The notes under the pieces are model-generated. The model saw only the letters and a program-made list of their open reading frames with translations. It made no database searches and was not told the origin of the DNA. Source: Mobula hypostoma (lineage: Eukaryota). From it: 64,000 nt of DNA. Positions 26,556 through 38,090 of this stretch are shown piece by piece (positions within the stretch are counted from its first letter, which is position 1; every line of letters begins with the position of its first letter). Location of the stretch: NCBI RefSeq assembly GCF_963921235.1, contig NW_026948158.1:248001-312000 (forward strand), read 5' to 3'. Position numbers and translations under genes: made by a program.

Positions 26556-27790
26556 CTTAGAAACATGGAACCATACAAAACCTACAGCACAATACAGGAC
26601 CTTCAGCCCACAGTGCTGTACCGAACATGCACGTACTTTAGAAATTACCTAGGGTTACCCATAGCCCTCTATGTTTCTAAGCTCCATGTACCGATCCATG
26701 CGTCTTTTAAAAGACCCTGTCGTATCTGCCTCCACCACTGTCGCTGGCGGTCCATTCCATGCACTCGGCACTCTCTGGGTAAAGAACTTACCCCTGACAT
26801 TTCCTCTGTACCTACTTCCAAGCACCTTAAAACTGTGCCCTCTCGTGCTGGCCATTTCAGCCCGGGGTGGGGGGGGGGGAGGGAGAACACCTTTGACTAT
26901 CCATACGATCAATGCATCTCATCATCTTCTACACCTCTATCAGGTCAGCTCTCTTCCTCCGTCGCTCCAAGGAGAAAAGGCCGAGTTCACTCAACCTATT
27001 CTCATAAGCCATGCCCCCCAATCAAGACAACATCCTTGGAAATCTCCTCTGCACCCTCTCTATGATTTCCACACCATTCCTCTAGTGAGGTGACCAGATC
27101 TGAGCACAGTACTCCAAGTGGAATCTGACCAGGGTCCGAAATAGCTGCAACATTACCTCTCGGCTCCTAAATTCAATCTCAAGGTTGATCAAGGCCAATG
27201 CACCGTATGCCTGCTTAACCAGAGAGTCAACTTGCTTTGAGTGTCCTATTGACTCGGACCCTAAGATCCCCCTGATCCTCCACACTGCCAAGAGGATTAC
27301 AATTAATACTATATTCTGTCATCATATTTGACCTACCAAAATTTACCACTTCACACTTACCTAGGTTGAACTCCATCTATCACTTCTCAGCCCAGTTTTG
27401 CATCCTATCAATGTCCTGCTGTAACCTCTGACAGCCCTCCACATTATCCACAGTGCCCTGAAAATTTGTGGTATCGGCAAATTTACTAGCTCATCCCTCC
27501 ACTTCCTCATCCAGGTCATCTATAAAGATCACGAAGAGTAGGGGTCACACAACAGATCCCTGAGGTACACCACTGGTCACCGGCCTCCATGCCGGATATG
27601 ACCAGTCTACAACCTCTGTGCCTTCTGTGGGCAGGCCAGTTCTGTATCCACAAAGCAATGTCCCCTAGGATCTCATGCTTCCTTTCTTTCTCAATAAGCC
27701 TTGCATGGGGTACCTTATCAAGTGCCTTGCTGAAATCAATACACACTACATCTACTTCTCTACGCTCATCAATGTGTTTAGTCACATTTT
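26556..27790 (-). mobile_element. CR1 LINE 3' portion
   Basis: DVVCIDFSKALDKVPH, LFRTLVRFHLEYCAQIWSP, TRGHSFKV...FFTQRV. Confidence 0.92.
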
Positions 27791-28703
27791 TCAGGATCAT
27801 GATGCAGCCTGACCTGCTGAGTTTCTCCAGCATTTTGTGTGTGTTGCGAGGATTCCCAGCCTCTGCACATTTTCTCGTTTGTAATTCGACTTCTGCACGT
27901 CGAAGCCCCTTCAATGGATGCCTATCCTGAAGAAGTTTAAATCTTCCCTTCGACGGGGGTTCAGTGAAACCCTCTCTCACTGCCGCCCCCTCTGCAATTT
28001 CAGCTCTTCTGTTTCTGCTGCGTTTCATTGCGAGCTGGGAAACGCTGCGCTGTACGGAGGCAGCGCTCCGTACTGCAGTCGCGATGAGCACAGTGGGAAT
28101 TGAATCTGTTCTACGTGTTTCAGTCACATATACCGCAATACAGTGAAATGCTTCTCTTTCTCTCTGTTCATAGAGATCAAATGCACAGTTCGTTGGGAGA
28201 GAACAAATTGAAGCAATAAGCAAATGCAGAATAAAGTGTAACAGCAACAGGGGAAGCACGGCGCAGGTATATAATAAAGTGCAGCATCATAACGATGTGG
28301 ATTGTGAGGTCAAGTGTCCATCTTATCATACTAGGGAACCATTCAATAGACACAACTTTCCATGAGACTGTGATGCGTACCTTCTGCTGGATGAAGGAGG
28401 GAGACCAGAAAATATCCGGGGCGGGTTGTGTCTTTGATCAGGAATCTGTATGTTCGATTTGACCAGAAAGTGTACGTTTCCTCGAGCGGAGTCCTTGGAA
28501 CTAACGGACTTCCCGGGTCTAAAGTTGTGTTTTTCATTCAATCTGGGGTCCTCGATCCTCCTACATCAGGGACCATCACCATCGTACGTGAGGGATCCAT
28601 CTGATCCATTAGAGTGAATTACACTGACAGTAAATTGCCCATGAATTCTGCGTTCATAGTGCTTGGTGAGAGGTTATCTTTTTCAGTCTAAAAGGGTACA
28701 ACC

Positions 28704-28775
28704 TGCGATGGCCGGGAATCGAACCCGGGTCAACTGCTTGGGAAGCAGCTATGCTCACCACTATACCACCATCGC
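28704..28775 (-). tRNA. trnG-CCC: tRNA-Gly (CCC) on a Gly-TCC-type body
   Basis: GCGATGGTGGTATAGTGGTGAGCATAGCTGC-TTCCCAA-GCAGTTGACCCGGGTTCGATTCCCGGCCATCGCA. All stems pair, A and B boxes are intact, and TTTT follows. Confidence 0.92.
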
Positions 28776-29284
28776 CCCATGATGCAAACCATATTCGGTT
28801 ACTGAATGATCTCTGGTGCTATAAGATTCTGTAACTCGGTTCTCAGTGTCTGAGCTGTTTTCTGGAGGATCGTTCCTCACTCTGTTGCAGTTCCTATTCC
28901 GACCAGTGGATGTCGCGACGTTCCGACAGACCGGAGAAACACAGCACCTGGGATCCAACTGAAGCGAGAATCGACCCGAGAGATTCGAAGGGCTGCAAAT
29001 GGTTTCCTGCTTGACGTATCAGTAAATGGGAACCAAATCCTGATTATAAATATCCGTTCAAACAAACACGCGGTTAGACTTTAATGGGATCCCTTCCTTT
29101 CGCCAGTCCTTGAACTCAGTCAGTGGCTGAATCACTAAAGAATTCTGAGACCCCTCCAGTCACACAGAGAGGAGGGGATGGGTAAAATGCGCCACCCCTA
29201 CAATCAGCAAACAGACATCAGAGTGACTCTATGAGTTCTCCTACACCCTGACATCCGTGTGACAGGTTCCATACTCCTGTTTAT

Positions 29285-29344
29285 TCCTCGTTAGTTTCCC
29301 CGCCTGTCACGCGGGAGAGAGGGGTTCGATTCGCCGACGAGGAA
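29285..29344 (+). pseudogene. tRNA-Asp pseudogene with a 12-nt D-arm deletion
   Basis: TCCTCGTTAGT|TTCCCCGCCTGTCACGCGGGAGAGAGGGGTTCGATTCGCCGACGAGGAA is 60 nt. The deletion lies between the two GTTAGT repeats of the intact gene. Confidence 0.9.
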
Positions 29345-29769
29345 ACCGTTTTCCTGCTTCAAATGAAGACGGGATTAGAATATGGGAGAGTCTAGTGTGC
29401 AAATAGCCCGCGACTGGAGAGTTTCCCGAGAAAAAGGGACGGTCGGTTCAGCATTTTTTTTCAGTGTTCCCTCATCGTGTCTGTATCTCAACGCCGTTCG
29501 GCGTCACGCTCGGTGACCGAATCCTTCACTCCGAAACATTAAACCGGGGCTGCTGCTCCGAGATATGAACCCCCGCACTTTCCCACCACTCATGGCGATT
29601 CTCTCAGATTCCCTGGGTGACTGTGTGGAGAAGACAGGCAAAGGTACAGCATTTTGGAGAGAAGCAAACCATGTGGCCGTGTTTACCGCCGGGTTTAAAG
29701 CCACCCTGCCCCTCCCGCAGCCCCGGACCGACCAGAAGCTCAAACAGTGCACTGGAGGAAGGTGAGCTT

Positions 29770-29840
29770 AATGTTTGTGACGTCATTGCAGCACGTACGT
29801 AATCGCTGCGTGGCCCCGCCCCTGGACCTGATTGACAGCA
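29770..29840. promoter_or_regulatory. Promoter-like motif cluster (CRE, GC box, PBX-PREP/MEIS decamer)
   Basis: TGACGTCA 29778-29785, GGCCCCGCCCC ~29812-29822, TGATTGACAG 29829-29838. Confidence 0.45.
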
Positions 29841-29844
29841 GAAC

Positions 29845-30760
29845 CAAGACAACAGGAATTCTGCAGATGCTGGAAATTCAAGCAACATACATCAAAGTTG
29901 CTGGTGAACGCAGCAGGCCAAGCAGCATTGTAGACTTCAGCAGGGGATCAGGAGGTACATGAGCCAGTAATCAAAGTACGATCAGAAGTGGAGAGAGTCA
30001 GTAACTTTAAATTCCTGTGTGTCACTCTCTCAGAGGACCTGTCCTGGACCCATCATATAAATATTATTGTGAACAAGGCACGGCAGCTTTTCTACTTCCT
30101 CAGGAATCTCAGAGATTCAGCATGCCATTGAAAACTTGGTCAAACTTCTATAAATGTCTGATGGAAGGTGTGCTGACTGGCAGCGTTATGAACTGGTATA
30201 GGAACACCAATGGCTTTGAGTGGAAATTCCTACAAAGCTAGTGGATTCAGCCCAGCTACATCACGGGTAAAACATTCATAACCACTGAGCACATCTACAT
30301 GAAACATCGCCATAGGGAAGCAACATCCATCATCAAAGATCCTCACCACACAGGCAATGCTCTTTTCTCACTGCTGCCATCAGGCAGAAGGTACAGGTAC
30401 CTCAGTACACGCTCCACCAGGTTCAAGAACAGTTACTACACCTCAACCATCAGGGACTTGAACAAAAGGGGATAGATACACTCACGTCAGGACTCTTTTA
30501 AGGACTCTGTTACATGGTTATTTCATGCTCATTATTTATTGCTTTTTTTTCTGAATTTGCACTGTTTGTTTACAGTTTATAATTCCTCATATTTACAGTT
30601 CACAGTAAGTTCTATAGATTTGCTCAGAATGCCCGCAGAAAAGAATCTCAGGGTCGTATGTGGTGACATAAATCTACTGTGAGAATAGATTTTAATTTGA
30701 ACTAGATAGTGATATATACGTACCATGAGGACAACTTACTTTGGATTAAAATTTTGGCTT
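29845..30760 (+). mobile_element. Penelope-terminus fragment followed by an L2/Rex-type LINE 3' fragment
   Basis: gtggagagagtcagtaactttaaattcctg (VERVSNFKFL), SIIKDPHH, LLPSGRRYR. Confidence 0.75.
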
Positions 30761-30949
30761 TGACAATATTTTTCCGTGACGCTCTTTCTTCATGAATTTT
30801 TCAGTGATCTAGTTACAAGGTTTTTACCCCAAATTATAAAAGATTATCCAACAAAAATATGCAAAATACAAACATTAAATATGTATAATGCCGCAGTGTC
30901 ATATTAAAATATGAATATTACTGTAGAGAACACACTCAATTCCCGTGGG

Positions 30950-31310
30950 TGGGGAGGGAGTCACCGATCCCGGAAATCTCTGTCTGCACCCACTCTGTTT
31001 ACAATGGTCGCAAGTTGTCCAGCGGCTCCACTGATTGACAGCTCCCTCTGCCCCGCCTCCCGGGCTGTGCGCTCACCGTCACGTGACACACCGAGTCAAC
31101 CAATCCGTGACGAATGACGTCACAGAGGTCCCACCTCCGTCGTTTCCAGGGGAACGGTAAATGCCGGCTGGGGGCGGGAGGACTATGGCGACGTGGGCTC
31201 GATCGTTTCGGCTCCGCTGTGGGATCCGCCTCTCCTCTTCCTGCCCGCGGAACAGTGAGTGTCTGTCAGCGCCTCACTGCACCGGCTCTCCGCCTCAGGT
31301 ACAATATTTA
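30950..31310 (+). promoter_or_regulatory. CpG-rich Pol II promoter with a candidate short first coding exon (ATG 31185, donor GT 31255 or 31299)
   Basis: TGATTGACAG, GC boxes, GTCACGTGAC (31078-31087), CCAAT (31100), TGACGTCA (31115-31122), X-box-like GTTTCCAGGGGAAC (31142-31155), strong Kozak gactATGG, GTGAGT donor. Confidence 0.6.
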
Positions 31311-33459
31311 AAACAGATTTGCACAGTCACATAAATGGGAAAGGTTGAGAGGGATACGGGCCTAATGCAGGCAGATGGGCCGAGTTCAGGTCGACAACTT
31401 GGTCGGCGTGGATGAGTTGTACCGAAGGGACTGTTTCATTTCTGTATAAACCAGTGACTCTGTTTTGGGAGTTAATTCCGGATGCCAGCTCTTCTCTGTG
31501 TGAAATATTTACCCCTCAGATCCCCTTTAAATCTGTCTTTAAACAGTTTTGTCCGACTCCAATGACAGTCAGTTCTTTGGCTGACAAGCCAAGTAGAACA
31601 CACAACCCTGTCTACCTGTGATGCCACATACAGGGAACTGTGTAACAATATTAGAGGCACATGCACAGGGGCTTCAGTGAGCAAGGCCCAGAGGGATATG
31701 AAGGCCTGACCACAGCAGTCCTCCACTGCAGTGGGGTTTGTCACCTTCATTCTCAGCTGTGAGCTTGTTCCACTGAACCCCTTATCCTCTGAGAAGACAT
31801 TTGCACCCTCCCCCTGTGACCAAGCTGTCAGACATCTCTCCTAATATCACCCAGAGTACTTCACCAAATTCCTATTTCAAAGTATTGTAACTGGTGCCCA
31901 GGAAATGGGAGCATTTTGGTAGCCTTCTAAGGGGGTTTGTTTAGTACTTGACCATTAATACCTTTGTACAACAAAAATCCATCGTACTGGGTTCTGAATG
32001 TTTTAGCTGAGTCCATCCTGAAGTTCTGTGTTTCAGGTTCCCACTGCACTTTCACAGTCAGTGGTTTCTGCATGTCCATACTGACCATCGAGAATCTGTC
32101 CCCACTAACTCAGCACTTGGTCTGTCTCCTACCCTGCCCTGGTGATTCAAATACTCATCCAGATGGTCCCTAAATACCAGCCTGCACCATCCCCTCAGGC
32201 AGTGTGTTCCAGATTGTAACCTCCTGGGGAGCGAGGACAGTTTTCCTCAGATCCTCTTTAAACCACACATTTCTCCCATTCAACTTAGTTGCACACACCG
32301 CATACTTGTGTGTATTAAATTCCATCTGCCATTTTTCCAGCTGGTCCACATCCCATGTCAAGATTAGCAATCCTTCCTCACTGTCCTCTGCACCCTTAAT
32401 CTTGGTGTCATCTGTAAATTTGCTGATCCAGTTTAATACATTCTCATCCAGATCATTAATACAGATGGAAAACAACAATGGACCCAGCACCGGGAAGTTC
32501 AACCAGGGCAGGATGTACACGGTGAATGACAGGTTCCTGAGAAATGTTCATGAACAGAGACTTTGTGTGTTTCTGCCTCCACTACTTCCTCTGGTGGCTC
32601 ATTTGGGATACCAGATATTCTCTGTTACATTGACTGTTCCATTTATAATAAATTACCTGTGATTGCATAGTTAGACGGAGACATGATGTAAAGATTTTTA
32701 CTCCTGATACATGTGAAGGATGTAAGAAATAAGGTCAATTCAGTTCTCCATGCAAAATATTTACCCTCAGATCACCTTTAAACCTCCTCCCTCTCACCTT
32801 AAATCCATTCCCTTCAGTTTTAGACAGTTTTAGTCGGAAAACAATCTCTGTCTCTCTAACCTCTGTATGCCTCACATAATTTTATCCACCTCCATCAACT
32901 CACCTTTCAGATCCCCTTTAAACCTTCAATCTGTCACGCCAAAACTACTCCCTTCAGTTTTCGGAGTGAGAAAACTGTTGCTTCCCTAGAAGACCCTGGG
33001 GACTGAACAGTTTGTGCCTACCCATCTCTAGATGATTCCATTAATCCATGAAACTGTCCCCTGCACCAGATTCCCAGCCACACATTCATCAGTGGTATCT
33101 TCCTATATCTCTCTGCACTAACAAGTGTCACTGGTGGTAATATAAAGCTTAGTAATTTTAGTTTCTCTCTTCTTTCTCTAAATTCACTGGACAGGGCACA
33201 TCCCTCCTCCTCCCTACGTTGCTATTACCAACATGCACCGTCCACCACGATGTCTGACTGCTCAGCCTTCCATTTGAAATGTCCTGCAGCTGCTCCGAGA
33301 CCATCAGACCAGAAAACACAGGAGAAGAATTAGGCCATTTGGCCCCATGCAGTTTGCTGCACCATTCTGCCAGGGATCAGCGATCATGACAGATCTCATT
33401 ACCCTCTCAAATCCTCTTCCTACCCCCACCAAGAATCAAGAACCTCCACATTAAATACA

Positions 33460-35610
33460 GTCAAGTCACTTTTTATTGTCATTTCGACCATAAACTGCTG
33501 GTGCAGTACGCAGTAAAAATGAAACAACATTCCTCCAGGACCATAGTGCTACATGAAACAACACAAAACTACACTAGACTAAGTGAGATAACAAAAGGCT
33601 ACACAGAAACTACACTGGACTACAGACCTACACAAAGTGCACAAAACAGTGCAGGGCAGTACAATAAATAATAAACAAAACAGCCACAGTACAGGACAAA
33701 TTATAATATAATAATAAATGATGTAGCTGTCAGTCTAGATTCTGTGTATTAAGGAGTCTGATGGCTTGGGGGAAGAATCTGTTGCCCAGTCTGGTCGTGA
33801 GAGCCCGAATGCTTCGGTACCTTTTGCCCGATGGCAGGAGGGAGAAGAGTTTGAATGAGAGGTGCGTGGGGTCCTTCACAATGCTGTTGGCTTTACGGGT
33901 GCAGCGTGTGGTGTAAATGTCTGTAATGGCGGGAAGAGGGACCCCGATGATGATCTCAGCTGACCTCACTATCCGCTGCAGGGTCTTGCGATCCGAGACG
34001 GTGCAATTTCTGAACCAGGCAGTGATGATGCAGTATCCCCAATGAATTGGCCACAGCCGTCTGTGGGGGTGAATTCAGAGTCAGAACCAGAATTAAGTTC
34101 ATTACCACCGGCAGGTGTCATGAAATTTGTTAATTTAGCAGCAGCAGTTTAATGCAGTACATAATAATATAGAAAGAATAAATAAATCAGTATGTGTGTA
34201 TAGGGATACATATATTATGGAGATTAAAAAAGGTGCAAAAACAAATAATATAGTTTAAATAATATACAGTATATAGAATACATCTATAGCAGTTTTTGAG
34301 TGTTTTAAAGTGACAGACCAAATATCCTCAAACTCCTGATGAAATATATCCACTGTCTTGCCTTTTTTATACTGTAGCTGCATCGATATGTTGGGACCAG
34401 GTTCGATCCTCAGAGATGTTGACACCCAGGAACTTGAAATTGTTCCCTCTCTCCACTTCTGATGCCTCTCTGAGGATTGGTTCGTGTTCCCTCATCGTAC
34501 CCTTCCTTCAATCAGCTCTTTTGTCGCACTGACATTAAACACAAGGTTGTTGCTGTGACACCACTCAACTAGCTGGTAAATCTTACTCCTGTATGCCCTC
34601 TCCTCTCCATCTGAAATTCTACCAATAGCATGTTTATAATTGGCATTTGAGTTATACTTAGTCACACGGTCATGGTTATGGAGGGAGTGGAGCAGTCGGT
34701 TAAGCACACATCCCTGAGGTGCACCAGTGCCAGTGTTGATTGTCAGCGAAGAGAAGATATTAATTTGAACTTGAATTGACTTTATTTCTTACATCCTTCA
34801 CGTACATGAGCAGTAAAAATCTTTACATTATGTCTCTGTCTAAATGTGCAACCATAGTGATTTATAATCATTGATAATAAATAGAACAGTCAATGTAACA
34901 TAGAAATGCCCTCAAATCAGTGTGAGTTAATCAGTCTAATGGCCTGGTGGAAGAAGCTGTCCCGGAGCCTGCTGGTCCTGGCTTTTATGCTGCGGTACCA
35001 TTTCCTGGATGGTTGCAGCTGGAACAGGTTGTGGTCGGGGTGACTCGGGTCCCCAGTGATTCTTCAGGCTCTTTTCTCACACCTGTCTTTGTAAATGTCG
35101 TGAATCATGGGAAGTTCACAACTACAGATGTGCTGGCCTGTCCACACCACTCTCTGCAGAGTCCTGCGATTAAGGGAGGTTCAGTTCCCATATCAGGCAG
35201 TGATGCAGCCAGTCAGGATGCTCTCAATTGTGCCCCTGTAGAAAGTTCTTAGGATTTGGGGGCCCATAGCAAACTTCCTCAACTATCTGAGGTGAAAGTG
35301 ACGCTGTTGTGCCTTTTTCACCACACAGCCTGTATGTATAGTCCATGTGAGCTCAGTAATATTGATGCCGAGGAACTTAAAGCTGTTTACCCTCTTAACC
35401 CCGGATCCATTGATGTCAATAGGGGTTAGCCCGACTCCATTAATCCACACATTCTGATTATCACCAGTCTGCACAGATTGTGGTCTCCCAGTTAGGAAGT
35501 CGAGGATCCAACTGCAGAGGGACCAGGTTCTGTAGCTTAGTAATCAGGACTGTGGGAATGATGGTGTTAAACACTGAGCTCTAGTCAATGAACAACATCC
35601 TGACATAGGC
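33460..35610 (-). mobile_element. Stack of L2/Rex-type LINE fragments
   Basis: SAEIIIG..LP...KDPTH.SFKLFSLLPSGKRYR; RVNSFKFLGINIT; VVKKAQQR.FHLR. Confidence 0.8.
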
Positions 35611-35624
35611 TTCACAGATTCACT

Positions 35625-38090
35625 ACCTTTACTGAGGAAATTACTCCTCATCTTTGTTCTAACAGGGTGTCCTAGTATTCTGAGGCTGTGTCCTGTGGTC
35701 CTAGACTGCCCCATTATCGGAAACACCCTCCTCACTCCATCCCAGGCCTTTCGATATTTGATCGGTTTCAACAAGATTCCCTCATTCTTCTAAAGTCCGT
35801 TGAGTACAGGCCCAGAGCCATCAAACAATCCTTGTGCATTAACCCTTGTATTGCCAGGATCATTCTTGTGAACCTCCTCTGGACCGTCTCCTATGTGAGC
35901 ACGTACTTTTTTAGATAAGGGGCCCAAAATAGTTGACAATACTCCAAGTGTGATCGGACCAATGCCTTATCAATCATCAGCATTACATCCTTGCTTTTGT
36001 ATTGTACTCCTCTCTAAATGAATGCTAACATGGCATTTGGCTCTTCCTTACCACCGACTCAACCAGCAAGTTTATCTTTAGGAAATTCTGCACATCTGAG
36101 ACGTGCCTGACCCTGGTACCCAGGAGGCGACACACCATCGTGTCATCTCTCCTGCGGCCACAGAATCTCCTGCACATCCCCTGTACTGTGAGTCTGTTAT
36201 CATCACTGCTGTGATTGACCTTTCCTCCCGCGGAGCATCGGACCGGGGTGTCAGTACCACCGACTTGACAGGCTGCTGTGCTCTGGTTTGTCATCCTCCC
36301 AGGGGTATCCAAATGAGTGTACTTGTTGCTGAGGGTCACAGCCACAGGGAGACATTGCACTGTCTGTCTCTTCCCCTTTCCAGTCGTGGTCGTGACCAAA
36401 CTATTTGCAGCCTGACCTCAGGTTTGACCAACCCACTGAATCTCTGGTCTCAGCATCCTGGAAACTCTAGGTCTGTCCATCTCCAGCTCCAATTCCTTCA
36501 CACGGTCAGTCAGGAGCGTTACCTCTTTCAGAACCCTGGGGTGCAGTTCATCTGGTCCGGGTGACTTATAAACCCTCAGGGCTTTCAGCTTTTTGAGCAC
36601 CTTTCCCTTGTAATAATAACTGCACTCTCTCCTCTTCCCTCACACCCTTCAACATCTGGCACACTGCTAGTACCTTCCACTGATACAAAATACTCATTTA
36701 GTTCATCTGCCATCTCCTTGTATCCCCCCCCAAACCCCGCCGTTATTATTGTTCTGGCCTCATTTTCTAGCAGTCCTTTATCCAGTCTCACCTCTCTTTT
36801 ATTTTTACGTACTTGAAAAAACCAAAACTATCCATTTTGATCATGTTTGCCAGCTTGCTTGCATGTTTCATCTTTTCCCTCTTTAGGTTGCTCTCTGTCA
36901 GGTGTTAAAGCTTCCCAATCCTCTGTATTCTGAATAATTTTTGCTTGTTGTATGTCCTCCCTTTTGGTTTCACATTAGCATTGACTTCCTTGTCAGCCAT
37001 GGTTGTACTATTTTGCCATTTGAGTATTTATTTGTTTTCTGAATACACTTATCCTACACCTTCCTCATTTTCCCCAGAAACTCACACCATCGCTGCTCTG
37101 CTGCCATCCCTGCCAGCATCTCCTTCCAATTTATTTTAGCCAACTCCTCTCTCAAACCACTGTAATACCTTTACTCCACTGAAACACTGCTGTGTCAGAC
37201 TGTACATTCTCCCTGTCCAATTTCAAGCTGAACTCAGTGATACTGAGATCACTGCCTCCTAAGGGATTTTTTACCTTAAGCTCCCAAATCACCTCCAGTT
37301 TATTCAATAACACATAATCCAGTATAGGTGATCCGCTGGTACCTCAATGACAAACTGCTCTAAAAAGCCATCTGTTCAGCATTCAGCAAACTCACTCTCT
37401 TGAGATCTATTTCCAACCTGATTTTCCCAATCAACCTGCATGTTAAAATCTCCCATGACTCTGATGAAATCTCCCACAACATCGCCCTTTTGACCTGCCT
37501 TTTCTATTTCCTGTTGTAATCTGTGGTCCACATCCCAGAAACTGTTCGGAGGCCTGTATACAACTGCCATCAACGTCCTTTTTACAATTGCAGTTTTTAA
37601 ACTCAGCTCACAAGGATTCAACATCTTCCGATCCAATGTCACATCTTTCTACTGATTTGTTACCATTCTTTACCAGCAGAGCCATGCCATCCCCATTGTC
37701 TACCTTCCTGTCCCTCTGATACGTGTAACCTTGGGCACTTAGCTCTCAACTACAAACATTCTTCAGCCGTGATTCAGTGATGGTCACAACATTATACATG
37801 ACCATCCGTAATAGGGCAATAAGATTATGCATCTTATTTATGAAACTCTGTGAACTGAGATATAACAGTTTGAGTTCTGCATTTGCTACCCTTCTTCATT
37901 CTGCATCCCTCATGCGCTGATACTCACCCTGCTGGCTGCAGTTATGTCCTGTCATCTGCCTGCCCTTCCTGACAGTGTGACTGTATGCGATCTTTGTTTT
38001 TTTACCATCTGTCCTACCCTGAGTCCTTTCACACCAGTTCCCACACCCCTGCCAAATTAGTTTAACCCTCCCCCACCGCTCTAACAAACC
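35625..38090 (-). mobile_element. CR1 LINE (endonuclease and RT fragments) with an internal CR1 ORF1 piece (~36085-36510)
   Basis: VVYRPPNS..., MGDFNMQVDW, KSPGPDELHPRVLKEV fused to LTDRVKELELEMD. Confidence 0.85.

Noticed and set aside
27516-28259. 247-aa ORF
   Set aside because: Chimera of unique sequence, a Penelope terminus and CR1 RT (DFSKALDKVPH). No evidence of a real gene.
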